From sequence record SRR22947727_495: 21,732 nt of DNA. One strand, 5' to 3'. The notes under the pieces are model-generated. The model saw only the letters and a list, made by a program, of their open reading frames with translations, searched no databases and had not been told where the DNA came from. Positions within the stretch are counted from its first letter, which is position 1. Every line of letters starts with the position of its first letter. Below, in pieces: positions 1 through 9,001 of the stretch. Both the position numbers and the translations under genes were made by a program.

Positions 1-360
1 GCAAGTGTTCCTGAAACCCTGGCCTTCTATGACAAGGCGTTTGGATTGCAAACGGGTTTCCTCCATGAAAGTGAACTTTATGGAGAGCTCAAAACCGGTG
101 CCACAACCCTGGCTTTTGCGGCCGATGAAATGGCAAAGGTAAATGGCTTGCCTATGCGCCCCAATCGCGCTGATGAGAGACCTGCGGGCTATGAGATTGC
201 CTTGGTCACGGATGACCCGGAAAGCGCTTTTGACAAGGCCGTGAGTGCCGGCGCTGTGGCTGTGACCGCACCGCAAGCAAAGCCTTGGGGGCAAATTGTA
301 GGTTACCTGCGCGATAATAATGGGTGTCTTGTCGAAATTTGTTCGCGGATCGGGGGATGA
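1..360 (+). CDS. VOC/glyoxalase family protein (5'-truncated by window edge)
   Basis: Frame is open from base 1 (ASVPETLAFYDKAFGLQ...); VOC motifs 'LAFYDKAFG' and 'PWGQIVGYLRDNNGCLVEIC'; stop TGA 358-360. Confidence 0.85.
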   Translation, partial: ASVPETLAFYDKAFGLQTGFLHESELYGELKTGATTLAFAADEMAKVNGLPMRPNRADERPAGYEIALVTDDPESAFDKAVSAGAVAVTAPQAKPWGQIVGYLRDNNGCLVEICSRIGG

Positions 361-400
361 CAGATGCTGCCTTCGAAATTTCAAAGCAACTGGGGGCGCC

Positions 401-1024
401 ATGAGTGATCGGATTTTAAATTTGGCGCAGCTTGAGGCGCTTTATGACGAGCCTTCGCGCAACAGCTTGGTCAAAGTCGCGCGACATATTACGCCGGAAT
501 ATGGCGCTTGGATCGAGGCCGCGCGGTTTTGTGTATTGAGCACAGTGGGCCCTGACGGCACCGATGGCAGCCCGCGCGGGGATGCGGATCCAGTTGTGCA
601 TATCCAAGATCCGCAGACCCTCCTTATGCCCGATTGGCGCGGCAATAACCGTTTGGATTCCCTGCGCAATATAGTCGAAGATGGCCGGGTGTCTCTCATG
701 TTCATGGTGCCCGGAAATTCGAATGTGGTACGCGTCAATGGCGATGCGCATCTTTCGGTGTCGGCGGCGCATCTTGCAAGGTTTGAGCGCAATGGCCAGC
801 ACCCACGCAGCCTGGTCGTGATATCCGTATCGGAGGTTTACAGCCAATGCGCCCGGGCGATCTTGCGGTCGGGGCTTTGGCAGGGGCAGGCTGCGCCTGA
901 TCTGCCGAGCATGGGCGATATTTTGCAAGCTCAAACTGCCGCAGCGGCCGAGCAGTCGGCACGGATCGACAGTGCGACCTATGAAAAAGACTGGCAGGCC
1001 CGGGTGACAAAATCTATGTGGTGA
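401..1024 (+). CDS. Pyridoxamine 5'-phosphate oxidase-like FMN-binding protein (MSMEG_1061-like)
   Basis: Motifs 'DGSPRGD', 'PDWRGNNRLDSLRNI', 'EVYSQCARAILRSGLW'; ATG at 401 preferred over ORF-track start 320, which overlaps the upstream gene. Confidence 0.85.
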   Translation: MSDRILNLAQLEALYDEPSRNSLVKVARHITPEYGAWIEAARFCVLSTVGPDGTDGSPRGDADPVVHIQDPQTLLMPDWRGNNRLDSLRNIVEDGRVSLMFMVPGNSNVVRVNGDAHLSVSAAHLARFERNGQHPRSLVVISVSEVYSQCARAILRSGLWQGQAAPDLPSMGDILQAQTAAAAEQSARIDSATYEKDWQARVTKSMW

Positions 1025-1038
1025 GCTGGGGTCGGCCC

Positions 1039-2001
1039 TTAGCTTGCCAAACCCTTGGTGCCCATATCTAGGAATTTTTGCCGCCGATCTTTCATCAAAC
1101 TGTCTGGCTTTTTCTTGCCAAGCTCGTCGAGCAATTTGGCCAAAGTCTGTCCAACCGCTTGCATGGTGGATTTCGGGTCGCGATGCGCGCCGCCCTTTGG
1201 CTCTGCAATGATTTGATCGCAAATGCCTAATGTCGTGAGGTCCTGCGCTGTGAGACGCAGCGCCTCAGCCGCTTCGCGCATTTTTTCGGCGTCTTTCCAA
1301 AGGATGGAAGCGCAGCCCTCCGGGCTGATGACCGAGTAAATCGAATGCTCAAGCATCACCAAACGGTTGGCCGTAGCAAAGGCCACCGCCCCACCTGATC
1401 CGCCTTCGCCAATAATGACAGAGATCAGAGGCACTGTCAGCTGCAAGCATTTTTCTGTTGATCGGGCAATAGCTTCGGATTGACCGCGCTCTTCTGCGCC
1501 CTTGCCGGGAAAGGCGCCGGGGGTATCGACCAGGGAGATGACGGGCAGGCCAAACCGGTTGGCCAGATCCATCAAGCGGATGGCTTTGCGATAGCCTTCT
1601 GGCCGCGCCATGCCAAAATTGCGGGCGATGCGCGATTTGGTATCATGCCCTTTTTCATGACCAATGACCACAACAGGCCGGTCACCCAAACGGGCCAACC
1701 CGCCCATGATGGAATGATCATCGGCAAAATTGCGATCCCCGGCCAGCGGGGTGTATTCTTGGAACAGCTCTTGAATATAATCTTTACAATGGGGCCGATC
1801 AGGATGGCGCGCCACCTGGCATTTGCGCCAAGGGGTGAGCTTGGCATAAAGCTCATCGAGCAAGGCACGCGCTTTTTTGTCCAGCGCTTTGGCCTCAGCC
1901 TCAATGTCCATATCCTCATTATCACGGCCCATAGCGCGCAGCTCTTCAGCCTTGCCTTCGATCTCTGCTAAGGGGCGTTCAAATTCAAGATAGTTGGTCA
2001 T
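1039..2001 (-). CDS. accA: Acetyl-CoA carboxylase carboxyltransferase subunit alpha
   Basis: [11 protein letters not shown] start; 'ARHPDRP', '[13 protein letters not shown]', 'DTPGAFPG', 'GEGGSGGA', '[14 protein letters not shown]' signatures; 320 aa. Confidence 0.98.
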   Translation of the reverse strand: MTNYLEFERPLAEIEGKAEELRAMGRDNEDMDIEAEAKALDKKARALLDELYAKLTPWRKCQVARHPDRPHCKDYIQELFQEYTPLAGDRNFADDHSIMGGLARLGDRPVVVIGHEKGHDTKSRIARNFGMARPEGYRKAIRLMDLANRFGLPVISLVDTPGAFPGKGAEERGQSEAIARSTEKCLQLTVPLISVIIGEGGSGGAVAFATANRLVMLEHSIYSVISPEGCASILWKDAEKMREAAEALRLTAQDLTTLGICDQIIAEPKGGAHRDPKSTMQAVGQTLAKLLDELGKKKPDSLMKDRRQKFLDMGTKGLAS

Positions 2002-2030
2002 GTCTGGCCTCAAAATGACGATTTGAAACC

Positions 2031-2059
2031 TATATGACCCCGGTGGCACCAAAGTGCAA
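2031..2059 (-). promoter_or_regulatory. Putative sigma70 promoter of accA (TTGCAC-17-CATATA)
   Basis: On the minus strand: ttgcac + 17 nt + catata, about 30 nt upstream of the accA ATG. Confidence 0.5.
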
Positions 2060-2102
2060 CAGAACTGCGTCAGATCGGCAAGTTTTGCCCGACCGCGTCC
2101 CT

Positions 2103-3062
2103 TTAGGCGCTGTTGATCATTTCATATTGTCGAACAATCACTTCGGCTTGTTTGATGGAGGCGATATCGACCAAACGGCCTTTATAGACCGTGGCACCTT
2201 CGCCGTTTTCTTTGGCCTGTTGCATGGCACCGAGAATGTCGCGGGCCTCGGCAACAGCCTCTTCAGAGGGGGTGAAAACCTCATTGGCCAGTGCGATTTG
2301 CTTGGGATGGATCGCCCATTTGCCAACCATGCCAAGGGTGGCGGAACGGCGGGCCTGGGCACGGAAACCCGCGTCATCGCTGAAATCGCCAAAGGGTCCA
2401 TCAACCGGCAAAAGCCCATGGGTGCGACAGGCCGCGACGATAGCCGCCTGGGCCCAGTGCCAAGGATCTGACCAATGCTTGCTCTCGCCATGCTGCATAT
2501 AGTAATTCTCTTGCGTGCCACCGATGCCCGTGGTCTGCATGCCCATAGAGGCCGCAAAATCAGCCGCACCCAAGGACATGGCCACAAGCCGCGGTGAGCT
2601 GGCGGCAATCTCTTCGACATGGGCCAGACCTGCGGCGCTTTCGATAATGACTTCAAAGGTGATGGGCTTGCGGCGTCCCTTGGCTGTTTCAATGGCTGTG
2701 GCCAAGGCATCGACGGCGTAGACATCAGAGGCACAGCCAACCTTTGGGATCATGATTTGATCAAGCCGGTCTGAGGCGCGCTCCAAAAGATCCACAACGT
2801 CGCGGTACCAATAGGGGGTGTCGAGACCGTTAATTCGTACCGAGAGGGTCTTGCTGCCCCAATCAACGTCATGGGTCGCTTGAATGATGTTTTCGCGTGC
2901 GCTGTCTTTGTCGCTGGGCGCCACGCTGTCTTCGAGATCAAGATTGATCACATCTGCTGCACTGGCTGCCATTTTTTCAAACAGGGCGACGCGCGAACCG
3001 GGGCCGAACAATTGGCAGCGGTTGGGGCGCGCGACAGGGGTGGGTTGCAAACGAAATGACAT
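2103..3062 (-). CDS. mcl1: L-malyl-CoA/beta-methylmalyl-CoA lyase (CitE family, ethylmalonyl-CoA pathway)
   Basis: [19 protein letters not shown], '[10 protein letters not shown]', '[17 protein letters not shown]', 'WSDPWHWAQ', 'GKWAIHPKQ' closely match Rhodobacter sphaeroides Mcl1 as recalled; 319 aa. Confidence 0.95.
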   Translation of the reverse strand: MSFRLQPTPVARPNRCQLFGPGSRVALFEKMAASAADVINLDLEDSVAPSDKDSARENIIQATHDVDWGSKTLSVRINGLDTPYWYRDVVDLLERASDRLDQIMIPKVGCASDVYAVDALATAIETAKGRRKPITFEVIIESAAGLAHVEEIAASSPRLVAMSLGAADFAASMGMQTTGIGGTQENYYMQHGESKHWSDPWHWAQAAIVAACRTHGLLPVDGPFGDFSDDAGFRAQARRSATLGMVGKWAIHPKQIALANEVFTPSEEAVAEARDILGAMQQAKENGEGATVYKGRLVDIASIKQAEVIVRQYEMINSA

Positions 3063-3348
3063 ATTGGACCTCGAGTAAGGAAATTTCAAGATTGGATGGC
3101 TTTGCAATATAATCTTGCGCAGGCAGTCGCAAGCGCAATTCTGTCACCCGGAGTGCGGGGATGATTCTGCGACGAATGCTGGCTGGATCGAGAGGAAGAA
3201 CCAGTAAAAAATATAATCAGCATTAATATTCTAACAATATACTAATTTATCGAATATAAATCCATCAAACAGTAATTTCCTGCCCAACAATGGGTGAAAT
3301 TTCGCGATATGTGACGTAGATTGCGCGCAACAGCACTAGGAGATTGCC

Positions 3349-4350
3349 ATGATCAAGACCCCCTATCTATTGTTCCTCGGCGATGCGCCAGATCAGCTCG
3401 CCGCCAAAGTTGCCATCGGCATTAAAGATTGGCGCCCTGAGAATGCTGTGGCGCAGTTCCGCATGTCGGGATGCGGCGCGGATCTTGGGATTGCTGACAT
3501 GTCGTTGCAAGAGGCAAAACACGCGGGGGCCAAGACTTTGGTCATCGGCGTGGCCAATCGTGGCGGGGTGATTTCTGAGGCCTGGAAAACTGTTCTGAAA
3601 GAGGCTCTGGCGATGGGCTATGATCTTGCGTCGGGCCTGCATAATTTGCTGCGCGATGAAGCCGATTTGGTGGCAACAGCCGCGAAATATGGCGGTCAGC
3701 TGCATGATGTGCGCGTGCCCTCTGTGCAATATCCCATCGCCAATGGCAAAAAGCGAAGCGGCAAGCGGTGCTTGACCGTGGGGACGGATTGCTCTGTGGG
3801 CAAGATGTATACGGCGATGGCAATGGATGCGGAGATGCGTCAACGGGGGTTGAAATCCACCTTCCGCGCAACGGGACAGACGGGGATTTTGATCACCGGG
3901 GGCGGTGTGCCTTTGGATGCGGTGATTGCCGATTTTATGGCGGGCTCCGTGGAGTATTTAACACCAGATAATGACGCCGATCATTGGGATCACATCGAAG
4001 GGCAGGGCAGCCTGTTTCACGTGTCTTATTCGGGCGTGACCATGGCGCTCATTCATGGCGGTCAACCTGACGCGCTGATTTTGGGCCATGAGCCCACGCG
4101 CAGCCACATGCGCGGCTTGCCGGACTATCAGCAGCCCAGCTTGGAAGAGCTGCGCGATATGGCTTTGACCCTGGCGCGGGTGGCCAATCCCGCGTGCCAG
4201 GTTGTGGGGATATCGGTCAATACCCAGCATATGTCTGAGGCCGAAGCCAAAAGTTACTTGGCGGAAGTGGAAGAGCGTATGGGGCTTCCAACTGTGGATC
4301 CCATTCGCATCGGATCTGGCCGCCTGGTCGATGCGTTGATGGCGCTTTGA
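3349..4350 (+). CDS. dgcN: DUF1611 family N-acetyltransferase DgcN (D-glutamate N-acetyltransferase)
   Basis: SD AGGAG upstream; 'VGTDCSVGKMYT', 'RATGQTGI', 'DFMAGSVE', 'IEGQGSLFH', 'LIHGGQPDAL' DUF1611 motifs; adjacent to enolase-superfamily racemase. Confidence 0.9.
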   Translation: MIKTPYLLFLGDAPDQLAAKVAIGIKDWRPENAVAQFRMSGCGADLGIADMSLQEAKHAGAKTLVIGVANRGGVISEAWKTVLKEALAMGYDLASGLHNLLRDEADLVATAAKYGGQLHDVRVPSVQYPIANGKKRSGKRCLTVGTDCSVGKMYTAMAMDAEMRQRGLKSTFRATGQTGILITGGGVPLDAVIADFMAGSVEYLTPDNDADHWDHIEGQGSLFHVSYSGVTMALIHGGQPDALILGHEPTRSHMRGLPDYQQPSLEELRDMALTLARVANPACQVVGISVNTQHMSEAEAKSYLAEVEERMGLPTVDPIRIGSGRLVDALMAL

Positions 4351-4460
4351 TCCAAAGGAGCGGCGCCTGTCGGCGCCGTACAACTCTATGCCTGTCGCGC
4401 GGCGTCGCCGCTTGACAGGCCCGGGCTGCCGCGACAGCCTACGCGGCAAAGGACATAAGG

Positions 4461-5429
4461 ATGGGTATGCGGATCACGGTTCAGCCAGAGACGTTTCAAT
4501 TGGCGCAGGTTTTTACAATTTCGCGGGGCTCGCGCAGTCAGGCAGAGGTCTTGACCGTTCGGATTGAGAAGGATGGGGTTATTGGCTGGGGCGAATGTGT
4601 GCCCTATGCGCGCTATGGCGAGAGCCTGGCTTCTGTGACTGCGCAGATCGACGCGCTGGGCGATATCTCGCATGAGGAGCTGGGCGAGGCCCTGCCTGCG
4701 GGTGCGGCGCGCAATGCGGTTGATTGCGCATTTTGGGATCTTGCGGCCAAGACCAGCGGCGTGCCGGTGGCCCAGCGCATTGGCCTGCAAAACCTTCAGC
4801 CGCAAATCACCGCCTATACCCTGTCTTTGGACAGTCCGGAGGCCATGGAGCGTCAAGCCCGGCTCAATGCACATCGGCCTTTACTGAAAATCAAGCTGGG
4901 AACGCCTGATGATATGCCTCGGCTTGAGGCGGTGCGGCGCGGCGCGCCCAAGGCACGGATCATTGTGGACGCCAATGAAGGATGGAGCGCTGAGGTATAC
5001 TCAGATCTCGCGCCGCATTTGCTGCGCCTTGGGGTCGAATTGGTCGAACAGCCTTTGCCAGCATCAGAAGATGACGCGCTTTTGGGCCTTGAGCGCCCAT
5101 TGCCGATTTGTGCCGATGAGAGCTGCCATGATCGGAGCTCTTTGCCGCATATGCGTGGGAAGTATGATTATGCCAATATCAAATTGGATAAGACAGGCGG
5201 CTTGACCGAAGCCTTTGCCCTGCGCGATGCGGCGTTGGAGGCGGGTTTTGGTTTGATGGTGGGGTGTATGGTCGGCAGTTCGCTGGCGATGGCTCCAGCA
5301 GTGCTTTTGGCGCAGGCCGCGCAGTTCACCGATCTTGACGGGCCGCTGCTTTTGGCCGAAGACCGAGATCACGCTTTGAAATTTGACGCAGACGGTGTGC
5401 ATCCGCCCGTCGCAGCCTTGTGGGGATAG
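4461..5429 (+). CDS. dgcA: N-acetyl-D-Glu racemase DgcA / L-Ala-D/L-Glu epimerase (enolase superfamily)
   Basis: 'FTISRGSR', 'GECVPYARYGES', KxK motif 'KIKLG', metal ligands in 'DANEGW', 'EQP', 'ADES', 'NIKLDKTGG', 'DLDGP'. Start could be 4467. Confidence 0.9.
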   Translation: MGMRITVQPETFQLAQVFTISRGSRSQAEVLTVRIEKDGVIGWGECVPYARYGESLASVTAQIDALGDISHEELGEALPAGAARNAVDCAFWDLAAKTSGVPVAQRIGLQNLQPQITAYTLSLDSPEAMERQARLNAHRPLLKIKLGTPDDMPRLEAVRRGAPKARIIVDANEGWSAEVYSDLAPHLLRLGVELVEQPLPASEDDALLGLERPLPICADESCHDRSSLPHMRGKYDYANIKLDKTGGLTEAFALRDAALEAGFGLMVGCMVGSSLAMAPAVLLAQAAQFTDLDGPLLLAEDRDHALKFDADGVHPPVAALWG

Positions 5430-5433
5430 ACCA

Positions 5434-6294
5434 ATGACACGCACCGTATATGTAAACGGCAAGTATTTGCCGGAAAATGAAGCGACGGTTTCAATTTTCG
5501 ATCGAGGCTTTCTTTTCGCCGATGGCGTCTATGAGGTGACGTCGGTTTTGGATGGGAAGCTTATTGATTTTGATGGCCATGCGCGGCGTTTGGCGCGTTC
5601 ACTGGGCGAGCTGGGCATGCGCAATCCGATTGCGACCGAAGATTTGCTTGAGGTGCACCGGGAGTTGGTCCGAGCGAACGGCATCGTTGAGGGGCTGATC
5701 TATTTGCAGATCACTCGCGGCGCGGCTGCTGATCGCGATTTTGCCTATCCCAGTGAAGACACGCCGCCGACCATCGTGTTGTTCACACAAAATAAACCAG
5801 GTCTTGCGGACAGCCCGATGGCGAAGACAGGCATTAAGGTGATCTCTATTGAGGACCAGCGCTGGGCCCGCCGGGACATCAAGACCGTGCAATTGCTCTA
5901 TCCTTCCATGGGCAAGATGATGGCCAAGGCCGCCGGCTGTGATGATGCTTGGATGGTTGAGGATGGTGCTGTCACAGAAGGCACCTCGAACAACGCCTAT
6001 ATCGTTAAAGGTGGCAAGATCATCACTCGGCATTTGTCGAATGACATTTTGCATGGCATCACCCGTGCCGCGGTGTTGCGCTTTGCCCGTGAAGCGCAAA
6101 TGGAAGTGGAAGAGCGCGCCTTCACAGTGGCCGAAGCGCAGGATGCAGATGAGGCCTTTTTTACATCGGCTTCGGCCTTTGTGATGCCTGTGGTTGAGCT
6201 GGATGGTGCGGCGATTGGGACCGGTGCACCGGGGCCTGCGGCCACACGGTTGCGGGAAATCTATCTTGATGAGTCGCGCAAAGTGGCAATTTAA
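5434..6294 (+). CDS. dat: D-amino acid aminotransferase (PLP fold type IV)
   Basis: 'DRGFLFADGVYEV', 'YLQITRG', 'RWARRDIKTVQLL' (PLP lysine), 'TEGTSNNA', 'ILHGITR'; ATG 4 nt after dgcA stop. Confidence 0.92.
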   Translation: MTRTVYVNGKYLPENEATVSIFDRGFLFADGVYEVTSVLDGKLIDFDGHARRLARSLGELGMRNPIATEDLLEVHRELVRANGIVEGLIYLQITRGAAADRDFAYPSEDTPPTIVLFTQNKPGLADSPMAKTGIKVISIEDQRWARRDIKTVQLLYPSMGKMMAKAAGCDDAWMVEDGAVTEGTSNNAYIVKGGKIITRHLSNDILHGITRAAVLRFAREAQMEVEERAFTVAEAQDADEAFFTSASAFVMPVVELDGAAIGTGAPGPAATRLREIYLDESRKVAI

Positions 6295-6385
6295 TCGCAT
6301 ATCCTAGATGCCCGATGGCGGTGCGCCCGCTTTCTCTTGCTCGAATCTATGAAATACAGTTTGTTAGCCGAGCAAGGGTATTGTT

Positions 6386-8533
6386 GTGGCTTTCAGAACG
6401 AAAATTGGATTAATCGCGTTTTGCGTGGGATTGAGCGCTTTGGGATGGTTGGCCTACTCCAGTTGGCTGAACCGCATTGAAGCGCGCATTGCCGAGCGGG
6501 TCACGCTAGACGGGCTTGAGCTGGACCATCCGTTGCAAATTTCGGTCAATGGTCGCGTGGTTACAGTGTCAGGATGGGTCAGTTCTGAGGCAGAGCGTGC
6601 CCGGGTGTTGCGTCATTTGCACCCCCATGGGCCGGATATCACTGTGGCAGATCGCATGTCGGTGTTGGCGGAGGCCCGCCCCTATGTGACACAAATCATC
6701 CGCGATGCGCAGGGGCTGCGGGTGTCAGGCTATGCCCCCAGCCAAGCGGCGCTTGCAGCGGTCGCGGCGCAGATTGGGGCAGGCGCTGCCGATTTGCAAT
6801 TGGCCTCTGGCATATCCCAAGCGCGGTGGCGGGAGGCCATGGAAAGCGCCATCAAAAGCCTTTCGCATTTGCAATCTGCTACATTATGGCTTGAAGACAG
6901 CCAGCTTCATTTGACCGCAACGGCGCGATTGCCCGATGATGCGCAAGCGGCGCGTGCGGCTTTGCCGGCGGGATATGACAGCCAAGTGGAGATCGAGGTT
7001 CTTGACGATGGACAGCCCTTTGCGTTGTCGGTGCAGCTCTCACAGGGCCAGCTCACAGCCATCGGAAAAATTCCGACGGGAGTATTGCCGCAAATTGTAC
7101 CGGAAGACATTGGCAGGCCAGTGCAGGCGTTGCGCATTGAACAGGCGAGAATTGACGATGCCGACGGCCAGTTTACCCAAGCCCTGCGGGCCGCTTTGAG
7201 GGCTATGGCACAGGTGCAATCAGGTCAGCTTGAGGTGTCAAAGGAGAGAATTGAGATCACGGGCCTGGTCAACCGTGCGGGGCTATTGCGCGCTGAGCGC
7301 GCTTTGCGGAAAAGGCCTGCGAACACTGAGCTGGTACGCCGCCTAGAGATTTACGATGACGGCCAGCCGTTCTACCTCTTGGCGGAATTTGATGGCGCCG
7401 AAGTTCAGTTTCGCGGTAAGATCCCCTATGGTGTGAACCTCCCTGCAATTACCGCCCGCTTTGAGGCACAGCGCTCCGAAAATTTGGTGCAGGCGGAGAT
7501 CACGGACGGCGCGCGCGATTGGACAGGCGCCTTGGTTGCGGGTTTGGCTGGTTTGCGCGAGATGCAACATGGCCGTTTGATGGTGGCGCCGGGATCGCTT
7601 CACCTGTCGGGCACCGTAACCACGCCTGAAATACAGGCGAAAATCGAGGCGCATTTGGCGCGAAAGCCAGCAGGATTTTTGCTCACGCGCCGGTTTGATT
7701 TGGTGGATGATGGCACGCCGCCGGATTTCACACTTGCCTATGATGCCCAAAGCGGCGCACGCCTGTCCGGGAAATTGCCCAAGGGTTTGGATGCCGCGCA
7801 GATTACTCAGATTTTGCAGCTGCCCTATATTGAGGATACGGCCCAGGTGGGTTTGATCGGACGGGCGGATTTTACGCGGCAGGTCTTGAGAGTTTTGGCG
7901 GATTGGCTGCGGCACTTTGAGCAGTTTGAGTTCCAGTATTCTGCAGGGCAGCTGGCCCTAAAGGGTGTGGCTGCGCCGGGTGTGGCAGCTGAGGGTTTGG
8001 CTGCAGCTTTGTCGTCGCGGTTTGTGATTGCCACTGAAATCTCGGAGGCTGGGCCGAGCGCGGATATCGGCGCAGAGCGCATTCATGCCCAAAGCGGGCT
8101 TTTAGAGCGCCGAGTGCCCGGGGCCTGGGTGCCGGTCTATAGTTTTGAGCCGACAGCCGCGCGGTGCAGCGCTGCCACATCGACTATTTTGGAGCAGGAA
8201 CAGCTCAGGTTCGGGGAGGGTCTTGCGCTCTTTGATGTCAGCGCCGCGCCCGCATTGGCGCATTTGGCCGGGGTGATTGGTCATTGTTTGCGAAACTCTG
8301 CGCTGCGTGTTGACGCGGTCGATCATAGTTTTTCGATGCAAAGCGAGGCGGAGAATGACCAACTCAGCCGGGCACGGGCCAGGGCTTTGGTCGCGGCATT
8401 AACCGTGCGCGGCCTGACCAAAGAGCGCATTCAGCCAAAGGGATTCGGAGATCGCAGGCCGCATGATGAGCAACAGCTGTCCATCGGGCAGCCTGCGGAC
8501 CGCATTGAGTTCATTTGGGACGAGCAGCCATGA
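6386..8533 (+). CDS. Membrane-anchored BON-repeat protein with C-terminal OmpA-like domain (ArfA/Rv0899-like)
   Basis: N-terminal hydrophobic helix; BON-like 'ISVNGRVVTVSG'; four internal ~112-117 aa repeats; OmpA_C remnants 'N..LSRARA', 'GFGDRRP', 'RIEF'. GTG start. Confidence 0.8.
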   Translation: MAFRTKIGLIAFCVGLSALGWLAYSSWLNRIEARIAERVTLDGLELDHPLQISVNGRVVTVSGWVSSEAERARVLRHLHPHGPDITVADRMSVLAEARPYVTQIIRDAQGLRVSGYAPSQAALAAVAAQIGAGAADLQLASGISQARWREAMESAIKSLSHLQSATLWLEDSQLHLTATARLPDDAQAARAALPAGYDSQVEIEVLDDGQPFALSVQLSQGQLTAIGKIPTGVLPQIVPEDIGRPVQALRIEQARIDDADGQFTQALRAALRAMAQVQSGQLEVSKERIEITGLVNRAGLLRAERALRKRPANTELVRRLEIYDDGQPFYLLAEFDGAEVQFRGKIPYGVNLPAITARFEAQRSENLVQAEITDGARDWTGALVAGLAGLREMQHGRLMVAPGSLHLSGTVTTPEIQAKIEAHLARKPAGFLLTRRFDLVDDGTPPDFTLAYDAQSGARLSGKLPKGLDAAQITQILQLPYIEDTAQVGLIGRADFTRQVLRVLADWLRHFEQFEFQYSAGQLALKGVAAPGVAAEGLAAALSSRFVIATEISEAGPSADIGAERIHAQSGLLERRVPGAWVPVYSFEPTAARCSAATSTILEQEQLRFGEGLALFDVSAAPALAHLAGVIGHCLRNSALRVDAVDHSFSMQSEAENDQLSRARARALVAALTVRGLTKERIQPKGFGDRRPHDEQQLSIGQPADRIEFIWDEQP
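6668..8040 (+). repeat. Four tandem protein-level repeats (~117 aa) within the OmpA-family gene
   Basis: Junction motifs DDGQPF (7004), DDGQPF (7355), DDGTPP (7706) are exactly 351 nt apart; the equivalent AEARPY lies at 6668. End of repeat 4 is approximate. Confidence 0.8.
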
Positions 8534-8572
8534 AACGATCACAGGGCGCGCGCGCGCATGTTTGAAGGTTGG

Positions 8573-9001
8573 ATGTTTCTTGTGACCGAAATTTGGGTCC
8601 TGCTTGTGTTGGCGGGTCTGTTGGGGTTGTTTTGTGGCTGGATCATCTGGGGATTTGGCAAAAAAGGCAGAGCGCTTAACCCAGAGGATGCTGCCGTCGC
8701 GGGTAAAACTCTCCCGCCTTTGGAGCCCGAAGCGGAGCCGGGCCCGCCTGCCTTACCGCCGGGCTTTGATTTAGACAATACACCCGATGATCTGCGGCGG
8801 ATTAGAGGTATTGGTCCAAAAATCGAGGCGCAATGTCATCGGCTCGGCATTTATTCCTACGCGCAAATTGCCGCTTGGACTGCTGAAGATATTGCCCATA
8901 TTGATGCACAGCTGCGTGGATTTGAAGGCCGGGCCAGCCGAGACGATTGGGTGTCTGAGGCAAAAGCCTTGATGGTTGAGAAAGGCCAGTCTCAGTCCTA
9001 G
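8573..9001 (+). CDS. Membrane-anchored protein with Pro-rich linker and C-terminal HhH-like domain (COG3743-like, resembling the alphaproteobacterial NuoE C-terminal extension)
   Basis: TM helix 'IWVLLVLAGLLGLFCGWIIW'; 'DDLRRIRGIGPKIE...LGIYSYAQIAAW...F.GR..RDDWV.EAK'; GAAGG SD before ATG 8573 (alternative ATG 8558). Confidence 0.75.
   Translation: MFLVTEIWVLLVLAGLLGLFCGWIIWGFGKKGRALNPEDAAVAGKTLPPLEPEAEPGPPALPPGFDLDNTPDDLRRIRGIGPKIEAQCHRLGIYSYAQIAAWTAEDIAHIDAQLRGFEGRASRDDWVSEAKALMVEKGQSQS

Noticed and set aside
3101-3120. PccR/ScfR-type operator (TTTGCAAA-N4-TTTGCAAA) upstream of mcl1
   Set aside because: Only the first half-site (TTTGCAAT) matches; the second does not.
8546-8557. (GC)n dinucleotide run upstream of the HhH gene as a phase-variation tract
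   Set aside because: Only about six units, intergenic, and unremarkable at this GC content.
8998-9001. Convergent stop codons overlapping in CTAG
   Set aside because: A common feature of compact genomes; no further signal.
8573-9001. Calling the HhH protein NuoE or an active nuclease
   Set aside because: No 2Fe-2S cysteine motif or nuclease catalytic domain; only the small HhH-like module is shared.
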